A stretch of 26,003 nt of DNA from Octopus sinensis (lineage: Eukaryota), in assembly GCF_006345805.1 (NCBI RefSeq), contig NW_021834100.1:1-26003 (forward strand). Direction: 5' to 3'. Both the position numbers and the translations under genes were made by a program. Every line of letters starts with the position of its first letter. The stretch's first letter is position 1. The notes under the pieces were generated by a model. The model was not told the origin of the DNA. It did not search any database and saw only the letters and a list, made by a program, of their open reading frames with translations. Positions 1 to 9,986 of the stretch are shown one piece after another.

Positions 1-353
1 CCCCACCCCTAACCTAAAAGAGATTGAAATGCAATAGATCGATTCTAAGGTCATAATTATGGGTGACAATTTCATATGACACCGCTAGATAAAACTGCCG
101 TTCAAACACCGAAAAGATCCTGGGTTAGTAGGGGTTGGGGGAAGGGTATCCTTATTTTCTTCACAAATGTAAATAAACCCAATCTGTTTCTTAAACGAGG
201 GACATATTCATACGGCACAGAATGTTTTTTTTTTACCTCAATAGACGTCATTGATTGGTTGAAATTGCAGAAATTGAAGAAAAACAACAAATATCTTACA
301 AACTATAGAATTTTCTCAATAAAGCCAAGAGAAAAAGATGTTTTATAAACCAC

Positions 354-1017
354 GGATGCCCTTCCTAATGCCAACCAGTTTACATAGTGTACTAGGTGCT
401 TGTTATGTAGCACCAGCACTAGTGAGGTCTGCTTTGGTATGGTTTCTATGGCTGGATGCCCTTCCTAATGCCAACCACTTTACAGAGTGTACTAGGTGCT
501 TTTTACGTGGCACCAGCACCAGTGTGGTCTGCTTTGGTATGGTTTCTATGGCTGGATGCCCTTCCTAATGCCAACCACTTTACAGAGTGTACTAGGTGCT
601 TGTTATGTGGCACCAGCACTAGTGAGGTCTGCTTTGGTATGGTTTCTATGGCTGGATGCCCTTCCTAATGCCAACCAGTTTACAGAGTGTACTAGGTGCT
701 TGTTATGTGGCACCAGCACCAGTGAGGTCTGCTTTGGTATGGTTTCTATGGCTGGATGCCCTTCCTAATGCCAACCAGTTTACAGAGTGTACTAGGTGCT
801 TGTTATGTGGCACCAGCACTAGTGTGGTCTGCTTTGGTATGGTTTCTATGGCTGGATGCCCTTCCTAATGCCAACCACTTTACAGAGTGAACTGGGTGCT
901 TGTTATGTGGCACCAGCACTAGTGAGGTCTGCTTTCGTATGGTTTCTATGGCTGGATGCCCTTCCTAATGCCAACAACTCTACAGAGTGTACTGGGTGCT
1001 TTTTACATGGCACCAGC
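354..1017 (-). repeat. Tandem array of 100-bp units (6 full plus about 64 nt), reverse complement of the terminal module of the RTE LINE 3' UTR
   Basis: GGATGCCCTTCCTAATGCCAAC recurs at 354, 454, 554, 654, 754, 854 and 954. It is the reverse complement of GTTGGCGTTAGGAAGGGCATCC in the RTE tails at 8350 and 9330. Confidence 0.95.
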
Positions 1018-1034
1018 AATGCTTTTTACATGAC

Positions 1035-1375
1035 AACTTGTGGAAGAGGTAGACCCAGGAAGACATGGGAAGAGCTGGTGAATTATGATCTTAAAGATGT
1101 TGAGTTTCAGAGAGGCGACGACAAGTGACCGACATTTTTTTTGGTAATTTGTTGCGCTTGAAAAGACACCTCACGCTAAGTGAAATCGCTGTCGTGACCA
1201 GAGCCGGTGGCAAGTGAAAGACAGCTGAACTGGTGACACATAGACGACGCCAAGTATATTACATAGAATGGTCGGCGTTAGGAAGGGCATCCAGCGGCAG
1301 AAACCAAATCAAAACAGCCTGGAGCCTGGTGCAACTCTCCTGCATGCCAATTCCAGTCAAATCGTCAAATCCCCT
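1035..1375 (+). mobile_element. Degenerate 5'-truncated RTE-clade LINE: ORF C-terminus plus 3' UTR remnant
   Basis: Encodes CGRGRPRKTWEELVNYDLK, matching GRGRPRKTWDEVVKHDL in the copies at 7760 and 14700. Followed by GGCGTTAGGAAGGGCATCCAGC at about 1274. Confidence 0.8.
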
Positions 1376-1383
1376 TTTGAGAT

Positions 1384-1465
1384 GGCTATTATACTTTACA
1401 TCTCTAAAAATGCTTATATAGTTATTTCCCTTACAAACCCGAGCAACGCCGGGCGATACTGCTAG
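1384..1465 (+). mobile_element. Helitron 3' terminal fragment
   Basis: Nearly identical to the end of the 15902-16300 element: CCCGAGCAACGCCGGG hairpin, then CTAG (1462-1465) followed by T. Confidence 0.75.
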
Positions 1466-1486
1466 TCTTCATATATAATTTTCAAA

Positions 1487-2109
1487 GGCGGCGAGCTGGC
1501 AGAAACGTTAGCACGCCGGGCGAAATGCTTAGCGGTATTTCGTCTGTCGTTACGTTCTGAGTTCAATTTCCGCCGGGGTCGACTTTGCCTTTCATCCTCT
1601 CGGGGTCGATAAATAAAGTACCAGTTACACACTGGGGTCGATGTAATCGACTTAATACCTATGTCTGTCCTTGTTTGTCCCCTCTGTGTGTAGCCCCTTG
1701 TGGGTAATAAAGAAATAGGTATTTCGTCTGCCGTTACGTTCTAAGTTCAAATTCCGCCGAGGTCGACTTTGCCTTTCATCCTTTCGGGGTCGATTAAAAA
1801 AGTAACAGTTACACACTGGGGTCGATGTAATCGACTTAATCCGTTTGTCTGTCGTTGTTTGTCCCCTCTGTGTTTAGCCCCTTGTGGGTAGTAAAGAAAT
1901 AGAAACGTTAGCACACCGGGCTAAATGCGTAGCGTATTTCGTCTACCGTTACGTTCAAATTCCGCCGAGGTCGACTTTGCCTTTCATCCTTTCGGGGTCG
2001 ATAAATAGAGTACCAGTTTCGCACTGGGGTCAATGTAATCGACTTTATCCCTTTGTCTGTTCTTGTTTGTCCCCTCTATGTTCAGCCCCTTGTGGGCAAT
2101 AAAGAAATA
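1487..2109 (+). mobile_element. Three head-to-tail copies of a tRNA-derived SINE (1487-1717 full; 1718-1901 and 1902-2109 5'-truncated)
   Basis: A-box-like TGGCAGAAACG, B-box GAGTTCAA(A/T)TTCC, central GACTTTGCCTTTCATCCTTTCGGGGTCGAT and an AAAGAAATA end, repeated three times. The central block resembles the MetaSINE domain from memory (unverified). Confidence 0.9.
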
Positions 2110-2120
2110 TATATAATTTT

Positions 2121-2210
2121 CCAATGTGCTCGTACGAAACTTCGCGGTTAGGAATGTTACAGAATCGTCGGCTGGCTCTGCATTGGCGTTCTCCTTCTCG
2201 TAACACAAGA
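2121..2210 (+). promoter_or_regulatory. Putative promoter / 5' UTR of a + strand host gene
   Basis: Unique, non-repeat sequence with about 10 CpGs in 2121-2240, CCAAT at 2121 and ATTGG at 2182, directly before an ATG and a consensus donor. Confidence 0.45.
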
Positions 2211-2235
2211 ATGGCGTCTCAGGAGAAGATGCACG
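2211..2235 (+). CDS. Putative first coding exon, MASQEKMH plus 1 nt (phase 1); product unknown
   Basis: AAGA-ATG-G Kozak-like context, open reading to G|GTGAGT (donor at 2236-2241), followed by about 430 bp of unique intron-like sequence. Confidence 0.5.
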
Positions 2236-2668
2236 GTGAGTAAACTTTCGCTCTGCTTTTACCCACCAATTCCCCCCGTTTCAAACATCGATACACCCGA
2301 ATTAATATTCCACACACCCTAAACAATTACTTTCATTGAATTCATATCAGTATTTCCCGCCTGGAATTGTGTAATTTCGTGTTTTGTTAATCCAGGACAA
2401 TATGGCCGACTGTGTCGTTCGATAAAATTTTTGACTGAAAATGGTTAAAACTTATATTTGTCTTTGTTTTATGGGTTTATGAATGACTGAATTTTGTTTT
2501 CTGTGGAATATTTGACGTGTTTCTTTTCGTTTTTTACTGTTATTCGTTCTGGCTGCGAATCTCTCCATTGTTTACTGGTATTTATTCTACCTTAGACATT
2601 AAGCAATGTGTGTTTGTTCGTTGTAATTGTATAGGAACGAATGTTTGTTTAGGTAGTAAACGTATCAC

Positions 2669-3278
2669 ACACACGTGTGTATATGTGTGTGTATATATGT
2701 GTGTGTTTGTGTGTGTGTGTGTGTTTGTATATGCATTTGTGTGTATATGTATATGTGTGTGCATATATATGTATGTGTGTGTGTGCATATATATGTATGT
2801 GTGTGTGTATATATATATATATGGGTGTGTGTATATGTATGTGTGTGTATATATATATATGTATTTGTGTGTGTATATTTATATATGTGTGTGTGTGTAT
2901 ATGTTGGTGTGTTATATAGTGTGTGTGTATATGTGTGAGTGTGTGTGTATATGTGTGAGTGTGTTGTATATTATATGTGTGGTGTTTATTATATGTGTGT
3001 GTGTGTATAGTATATATGTATGTGTGTGTGTGTGTGTATATATATATATGTGTGTGTGTGATATATATAATGGTGTGTGTGTGTATATATATATGTGTGT
3101 TATATATATTGTGTGTATATATATATATGTGTGTTGTGTATATATATATATGTGTGTGTGTAATATATAATATGTGTGTGTGGTATATAATATATATATG
3201 GTGTTTGTGTGTATATATATATATGTGTGTGTGTGTATATATATGTGTGTGTATGTGTGTGTGTGTGTATATATATAT
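2669..3278. repeat. Compound (TG)n/(TA)n microsatellite
   Basis: Direct inspection. It explains the V/C/Y/I-rich pseudo-ORFs at 2517-3395. Confidence 0.97.
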
Positions 3279-3486
3279 GAAGAAAAAAGGTGTTCAGAAT
3301 GCTGGGTGGTTGTAAAAATATATATTTATTTACATATCACATTATTTCTTCATATAAGCGCTTTCAACTACTCCTGTAGTTTCATCAGTAGTTGAAAGTG
3401 CTAATATGAAGAAATATATGTGATATGTAAATAAATATATATTTTTACAACCATCCAGCATTCTGAACACCTTTTTCCTTTCATAT
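3275..3486. mobile_element. Fold-back palindromic element (about 95-bp arms, 14-nt spacer) with a hammerhead core at its axis
   Basis: 3275-3372 is the near-perfect reverse complement of 3387-3486, and the element is flanked by TA repeats. Confidence 0.85.
3355..3388 (-). ncRNA. Minimal hammerhead ribozyme core lacking the 5' strand of stem I in cis
   Basis: The minus strand reads CUGAUGA AACUAC AGGA GUAGUU GAAA GCGC UUA: a perfect 6-bp stem II and a palindromic AAGCGCUU stem III region. Confidence 0.6.
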
Positions 3487-3493
3487 GTAGTAA

Positions 3494-3715
3494 CCCTTTA
3501 GCATTTCAAACCGGCCATATCCGGCCAAAAGTATTCTGCCTGTTTTATGTTCAAACTGGCCAGATCTGGTCTCTCACACCAACCCTACAATATCATCTTA
3601 AAAACTAACAGCTACCTCATCAAAATCTCATAGCTACAAGATAATGCATGATTAATTCAAAACAATGCGGATGAAGAAGCATTAATTTTGGCAGAATAAT
3701 GCGAACACTAAAGGG
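3494..3715. mobile_element. piggyBac-type (TTAA) MITE, 222 bp
   Basis: Ends are (GTAA)CCCTTTAG and CTAAAGGG(TTAA). Confidence 0.8.
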
Positions 3716-3740
3716 TTAAATCTGTACATCACCCCCAATA

Positions 3741-3924
3741 CTTCTAACATATATATATATATATATATATATGTGTGTAAAGAGTTAATAACTCCAGTTT
3801 TCAAAGAATATATTTGGCATTCTTTCATTTGTTAACTCCAGTATCAACATATATACCGGTGTGTGTAATATTTTTATATATAAACACACATGCACTCCAT
3901 CCCTATATTATATTATAAAGTCAA
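3741..3924 (+). repeat. Left arm of a long-range inverted repeat (partner 7248-7430)
   Basis: CTTCTAACAT...GCACTCCATCCCTATA...AAAGTCAA is the reverse complement of 7248-7430. Confidence 0.9.
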
Positions 3925-3989
3925 TATAATATATATATATATATATAGAAAGTCAATATATATTAATATATAGATATATATATAAAAAG

Positions 3990-4032
<43 letters not shown>

Positions 4033-4373
4033 AATATATATATATATATATATATATAGATATATATATATAAAGTAAATATATATATAGATATAGATAT
4101 GTTATAAAGGCAATATAATATAGATATATATATATATATTAAGTCAATATATAGATATATATATATATATAAAGGCAATATAGATATAGATATATATATA
4201 TAGATATATAAAGTCAATTATATATATATATATATATAGATATATATATAAAGTCAATATTATATATATATATATATAATATAAAGCAATATATATATAT
4301 ATAAGTCAATATATATATGATAAAGTCAATATATATATATATATATTATAATATATATATATATATATAAAGT

Positions 4374-4407
<34 letters not shown>

Positions 4408-4445
4408 AATATATATATATATAAAGTCAATATATATATAAAGTC

Positions 4446-4476
<31 letters not shown>

Positions 4477-4942
4477 ATTATATAGAAGGAGCTTCTACAG
4501 GACTAGTACTGTTTCTTCAAGAGAAATCTTCCTGAGTTCTCTTGAATGAAACAGTACTAGGCCTGTAGAAGCTCTTCTATATAATAATTAATTTTACTCT
4601 GCTATGTATTGAGTACCTTACTACTGTGGTTAACCCCGGATCAACCCGGACCTACATATATATATATATATATATTATAGAATATATATATATATAAAGT
4701 TATATATATAGATATATATATATATATAAAGTCAATATATATATAATATAAAGTCAATATATATATATATATAAAGTCTATATATATAGATTAGATATAT
4801 ATATAATATATATAAAGTCAATATAGATATATATAATAGTCTTATATATATATAGATAGAGAATATAGAAAGTCTAGATAGATATAATATATATATATAT
4901 ATAAAGTCTATAGATATAGATATAATATAGATATCTAATAAA

Positions 4943-4978
<36 letters not shown>

Positions 4979-5798
4979 TAAAAGTCAATAGATATATATA
5001 TAGCAAGTCATATATATATATATAAAGCAATATATAGATATATATAAAGTCAATAATATATATATATATAATTTTTTAAAGTCAATATTATATAGATAAA
5101 GTCAATATAATATATATAAAGTCAATATATATATATAATATATATATTATAAAGTCAATATATAGATATATATAAAGTCAATATATATATATATATATAA
5201 AGTCAAATATATATATATATAAAATCAATATATATATATAATAAAGTCATATATATATATATATATAGATATATATAGCTAAAGTCAATAGAGATAGAGA
5301 TATATAGATATAGAATATATATATAAAGTCAATATATGATAGATATATATATATATAGATATAGATATAAAGTCTATGAGATATATAGCTATACAGATAG
5401 AATATATAGATATAGATATATATATATAAAGTCTATATAGAGATATATATATACATACAGATATATAGATAGATTATAGATATATATATATATAAGTGCG
5501 AGATATATATATAGATATACATATAGATATATAGATAAATATATATAAAGTCTATATATATATAGAGATATACCTGATATTATATAGGATATATATATAT
5601 AAAGTCATAGATATATATATATATATAGATATATATAGATATATATAAAGTCGAGATATATATTATATATATATATATATATAAGTCAATATATATATAT
5701 AAAGTCTATATATATATATACATATTAGATATATATATTAGATATATATATATATAGATATAAAGTCAATATATATATATAAAGTCTATATATATAAG

Positions 5799-5834
<36 letters not shown>

Positions 5835-6258
5835 ATATGATATATATAAAGTCTATATATATATATACAGATATGATAGAGATAGTATATAGATATATAA
5901 AGTCTATATATATATTTATACATAGATATAGATATATATATATATTAAAGTCAATATAGATATATGATATATATATATATATATAAAGTCATATATATAT
6001 ATATAATATTATATAAAGTCTATATATATATCTACATATATTATATGATATAGATAATAGATATAAGTCTATATATATATACATATATATTATAATATAT
6101 ATATATATAATAAAGTCTATATATATATATACATATATATATAAGAATATATATAAAGTCAATATATATATATATATATATTATAAATATATATATATAT
6201 ATATAAAGTCAATATTATATATAGAATAGATATATATAAAGTCTATATATATAGATAC

Positions 6259-6299
<41 letters not shown>

Positions 6300-6640
6300 T
6301 CTTATATATATATATATATAAAGTCAATATATATATATATATATAAAGTCTATATATATATATATATATATATAAAGTCAATATATATATATATATAGAA
6401 AGTCTAGATATATATATATATATATATAAAGTCAATATATATATATATAAAGTCATATATATAATATATATATATATAAAATCAATATATATAAAGTCAA
6501 TATAGATATATATATATATATAATAAATCAATATATATTAAAGTCAATATATATATATTATATATATATATAAAATCAATATATATAAAGTCAATAATAG
6601 TATAATATATATAAAGTCAATATATATATATATATAAAGT

Positions 6641-6681
<41 letters not shown>

Positions 6682-6705
6682 AATATATATATATATATAT
6701 AAAGT

Positions 6706-6749
<44 letters not shown>

Positions 6750-6832
6750 GTCAATATATTATATATATATATATCTATATATATAAAGTCAAATATATAT
6801 ATATTATATAGATATATATATATATATAAAGT

Positions 6833-6868
<36 letters not shown>

Positions 6869-6954
6869 AATATATATATAAAGTCAATATATATATATAA
6901 TATATAAAGTCAATATATATATATAAAGCAATATATATATATATATATAAAGTC

Positions 6955-6987
<33 letters not shown>

Positions 6988-7255
6988 AAGTCTATATATA
7001 TAGATATTAAGTCAATATATTATATATAAAAGTCAATATAACATATATATATAAAGTCAATATATATATATATATAAAGTCAATATATATATATATATAT
7101 AAAGTCAATATATATATATATATATAAAGTCAATATATATATATATATATATATAATAAAGTCAATATATATATATATATATAAAGTCAATATATATATA
7201 TATATATATATATAAAGTCAATATATATATATATATATATATATATATTGACTTT
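3917..7255 (+). repeat. About 3.3-kb satellite of AAAGTC(A/T)A units separated by variable (TA)n
   Basis: Dozens of AAAGTCAA/AAAGTCTA motifs, all in one orientation until TTGACTTT at 7248. The central part is noisy. Confidence 0.95.
4470..4591. mobile_element. Short palindromic (fold-back) element embedded in the TA satellite
   Basis: TATAGAAGGAGCTTCTACAGGACTAGTACTGTTTCTTCAAGAGAA pairs with TTCTCTTGAATGAAACAGTACTAGGCCTGTAGAAGCTCTTCTATA around an 11-nt spacer. Confidence 0.85.
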
Positions 7256-7430
7256 ATATATATATATATATATATAGGGATGGAGTGCATGTGTGTTTAT
7301 ATATAAAATATGTACACACACAGGTATATATGTTGATACTGGAGTTAACAAATGAAAGAATGCCAAATATTTCTTTGAAAAATGGAGTTATTAACTCTTT
7401 ACACACATATATATATATATATGTTAGAAG
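7248..7430 (-). repeat. Right arm of the long-range inverted repeat (partner 3741-3924)
   Basis: Reverse-complement match to 3741-3924 with a few substitutions and indels. Confidence 0.9.
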
Positions 7431-7527
7431 TTGGATTGACTTTATATATATATATTGACTTTATATATATATATATATATATATAAAGTCAATCCAAACA
7501 AGAAAGCACAAAAAAGCACATATATAT

Positions 7528-8497
7528 ATATAGCTTCATGCGTAGACTTGAAAGAAAAGAAATGAGCTAGCATGATCCGCTGGATGTGTAATGTCAGTGT
7601 GAATGCACGACAGAGTGTAAGCACCCTGAGAGAAATGCTAGGCATAAGAAGCATCAGATGCGGTGTGCAAGAGCGACGCTGCGAGGTATTGGTCATGTAC
7701 TGCGGATGGATGAGGAGAGATGTGTGAAGAAGTGCCACTCCCGAACAGTTGAAGAATCAGGGGGAGAGGTAGACCCAGGAAAGACATGGGATGAGGTAGT
7801 CAAGCATGACCTCAGAGCGTTGGGCCTCACTGAAGCAATGGCGAAGGACCGAGATCTCTGGAGATGTGCTGTGACTACTAAGACCCGGGATGCTTCCGGC
7901 ACCAGGTCCGAATACCCCCTGCCCATTCAAAGTACCTTGGATCCGGAAACATCTCGCTGTGCTTGAGGAGACCTGTTGAGTCAAGTGCATGTACATGAAC
8001 ATCGAACCAAATATCAATGGAAACAGTAGTTGTGATACCTGTGCCGGTATCATAAAAAGCACCATAAAAAGCACCATCTGAACGTGGCCAATGCCAGTGC
8101 CGCCCCGACTGGCTTGTGTGCCGGTGGCACATAAAAAGCACCATCCGAACGTGGCCGATGCCAGCGCCGCTCCGACTGGCTTCTGTGCCGGTGGCACATA
8201 AAAAGCACCATCCGGACGTTGCCAGCTCCGCCTTGGCTGGCTTCCGTGCCGCTGGAACATTAAAAGCTCCAACTGATCGTGGCCGACGCCGGACCTCCCC
8301 TGGCACCTGTGCAGGTGGCACGTAAAAAGCACCCACTACACTCGCGGAGTGGTTGGCGTTAGGAAGGGCATCCAGCTGTAGAAACTCTGCCAGATCAGAC
8401 TGGACCTGGAGCAGCCCCTGGCTTCCCAGAACCCGGTCGAACCATCCAACCCGTGCTAGCGCGGAAAACGGACGTTAAACGATGATGATGATGATGA
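7528..8497 (+). mobile_element. 5'-truncated RTE-clade LINE: frameshifted ORF C-terminus, 3' UTR with about 67-bp subrepeats, (GAT)n tail
   Basis: Across frameshifts it translates to ...MIRWMCNVSV...TLREMLGIRSIRCGVQERRLR.IGHVLRMDEERCVKKC...RGRPRKTWDEVVKHDLRALGLTEAMAKDRDLWRCAV, typical of RTE ORF ends. The tail is ACGTTAAAC(GAT)n. Confidence 0.9.
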
Positions 8498-8509
8498 TAT
8501 ATATCTATA

Positions 8510-8817
8510 TATTCAAAGGGCAAGACCGCAAGGTAGTTGGCCGTATGCTAGAAATAGATCACCAACAATCAAACTACAAAGAATGTTCTCTAGAGGAAAA
8601 TTCAGCGAACACCAGAATAATTAGGCGGGCAAGACAGATGAAAACTATAAAAAAAACAGAATTAATCACATACCAGCGGTTTCAACTATTAACAAATGAA
8701 TTACTTACTCAATCCAAATGTCCGTAGTTTCATCAGTGCGATCGTTCCGCCAAATGTAATTTGCAAAACTAATTTCTAGCATACGGCCGACCACCTAGCG
8801 GTCTTGCCCTTTGAATA
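8510..8817. mobile_element. 308-bp element with about 48-bp terminal inverted repeats and TA flanks, containing a hammerhead ribozyme
   Basis: TATTCAAAGGGCAAGACCGC...GTATGCTAGAAAT is inverted at 8770-8817; TA at 8508-8509 and 8818-8819. Confidence 0.85.
8664..8743 (-). ncRNA. Type I hammerhead ribozyme (predicted), cleavage after GUA between 8671 and 8670
   Basis: Minus strand: GAUCGCA CUGAUGA AACUA [36 nt] UAGUU GAAA CC GCU GG UA^ UGUGAUU. Stem I has 7 bp (2 G:U), stem II has 5 bp and stem III is A-U, C-G, C-G. All invariant core bases are present. Confidence 0.8.
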
Positions 8818-8989
8818 TACACATGTATTAGAATTTTTTCTGATTTTTCAGATTTTTGTATGCTAGGCTACTGGTTTTAAATTAATATTAATTTATCTCC
8901 CTCATTATTTAAATATATATACACACACACCAAAAATCAAAATTAAAATCAAACCAAACCAAATCAAATCAGATATCAGAAAGCAGAAC

Positions 8990-9477
8990 CAAAATCGAAG
9001 TCGATCAACATCAATGGAAATTGCAGCTGTGATACCAGTGCCGGTGACAAGTAAGCGAACCATCCGATCGTGGCCGTGGCCAGCGCCAGTCCGACTGGCC
9101 TCCGTGCCGGTGGCACGTAAAAGCACCATCCGTTCGTGGCCGTTGCTAGCCTCGCCTGGCCCCTGTGCCAGTGGCACGTAAAAGCACCATCCGTTCGTGG
9201 CTGTTGTTAGCCTCGCCTGGCCCCCGTGCCGGTGGCATGTAAAAAGCACCATCCATCCGTGGCCATTTGCCAGCTCCGTCTGGCACCTGTGCAGGTGGCA
9301 CGTAAAAAGCACCCACTACACTCATGGAGTGGTTGGCGTTAGGAAGGGCATCCAGCCGTAGAAACATTGCCAGATAAGACTGGGCCTGGCGCAGACTTCT
9401 GGCTTCCCAGACCCCAGTTGAACCGTCCAACCCATGCTAGCATGGAAAGCGGACGCTAAATGATGATGATGATGATG
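8990..9477 (+). mobile_element. RTE 3' UTR-only copy with 61-bp internal subrepeats and a (GAT)n tail
   Basis: Homologous to 8010-8497; GCC(G/A)GTGGCA units at 9106, 9167 and 9228. Confidence 0.9.
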
Positions 9478-9789
9478 ACACCTACGCAAATAAATATGGC
9501 AAAGGTATAGAATACGTACACTCGTTGGTTAGGGTTAATTTTAGGGTTACTGTTTTTGTTAAGCAGAAAACTGGTGGTGTACGTATTCCGAGAACACAGG
9601 AATTTTGGGGAAAAACAATTGGGGGTTATTTTTGATGACCTCTTGCCCCTCCCTCATTTTACCCCATTTTAGACCTCATTTTCTTGAAACTTGAAAATGA
9701 TCAAATTAGACATTAGTGTGTGTGTGTGTGTGGTGGGGGGGGAAATAATTGGCTTGGAACCCAACAGAGAATGTTGATTATTAAACACC

Positions 9790-9950
9790 AGGAGTGGCTG
9801 TGTGGTAAATAGCTTGTTTACCAACCACATGGTTCCGGGTTCAGTCCCACTGCGTGGTACCTTGGGCAAGTGTCTTCTACTATAGCACCGGGCCGACCAA
9901 AGCCTTGTGAGTGGATTTAGTAGATGGAAACTGAAAGACTTCCGTCGTGT
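9790..9950 (+). mobile_element. tRNA-derived SINE, CORE-like
   Basis: A-box GTGGCTGTGTGG, B-box GGGTTCAGTCCC and ACCTTGGGCAAGT resembling the CORE domain; it ends in (TA)n. An inverted copy lies at 17005-17163. Confidence 0.85.
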
Positions 9951-9986
9951 GTATATATATATATATATATGACTTAAATATAAATT

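Noticed and set aside
1-353. Possible dispersed repeat at the window start
   Set aside because: It looks repeat-like, but there is no second copy, terminus or TSD in the window to support a call.
354-1017. CRISPR-like array
   Set aside because: The 100-bp units are near-identical along their whole length with no unique spacers. There are no cas genes, the context is eukaryotic, and the unit matches the RTE 3' UTR.
1487-1580. tRNA genes (also 9790-9860)
   Set aside because: A and B boxes are present but no cloverleaf is evident. They continue into multicopy SINE bodies and tails, so they are SINE heads.
2517-3395. V/C/Y/I-rich or H/T/I-rich ORFs, also at 3963-4217, 6181-6531, 17045-17971 and 22937-23444
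   Set aside because: These are translations of (TG)n/(TA)n microsatellites.
7658-8336. ORFs at 7658-8336, 8905-9430, 14166-14838 and 15214-15554 as host genes
   Set aside because: All lie within RTE LINE fragments, either frameshifted ORF ends or GC-rich 3' UTR modules.
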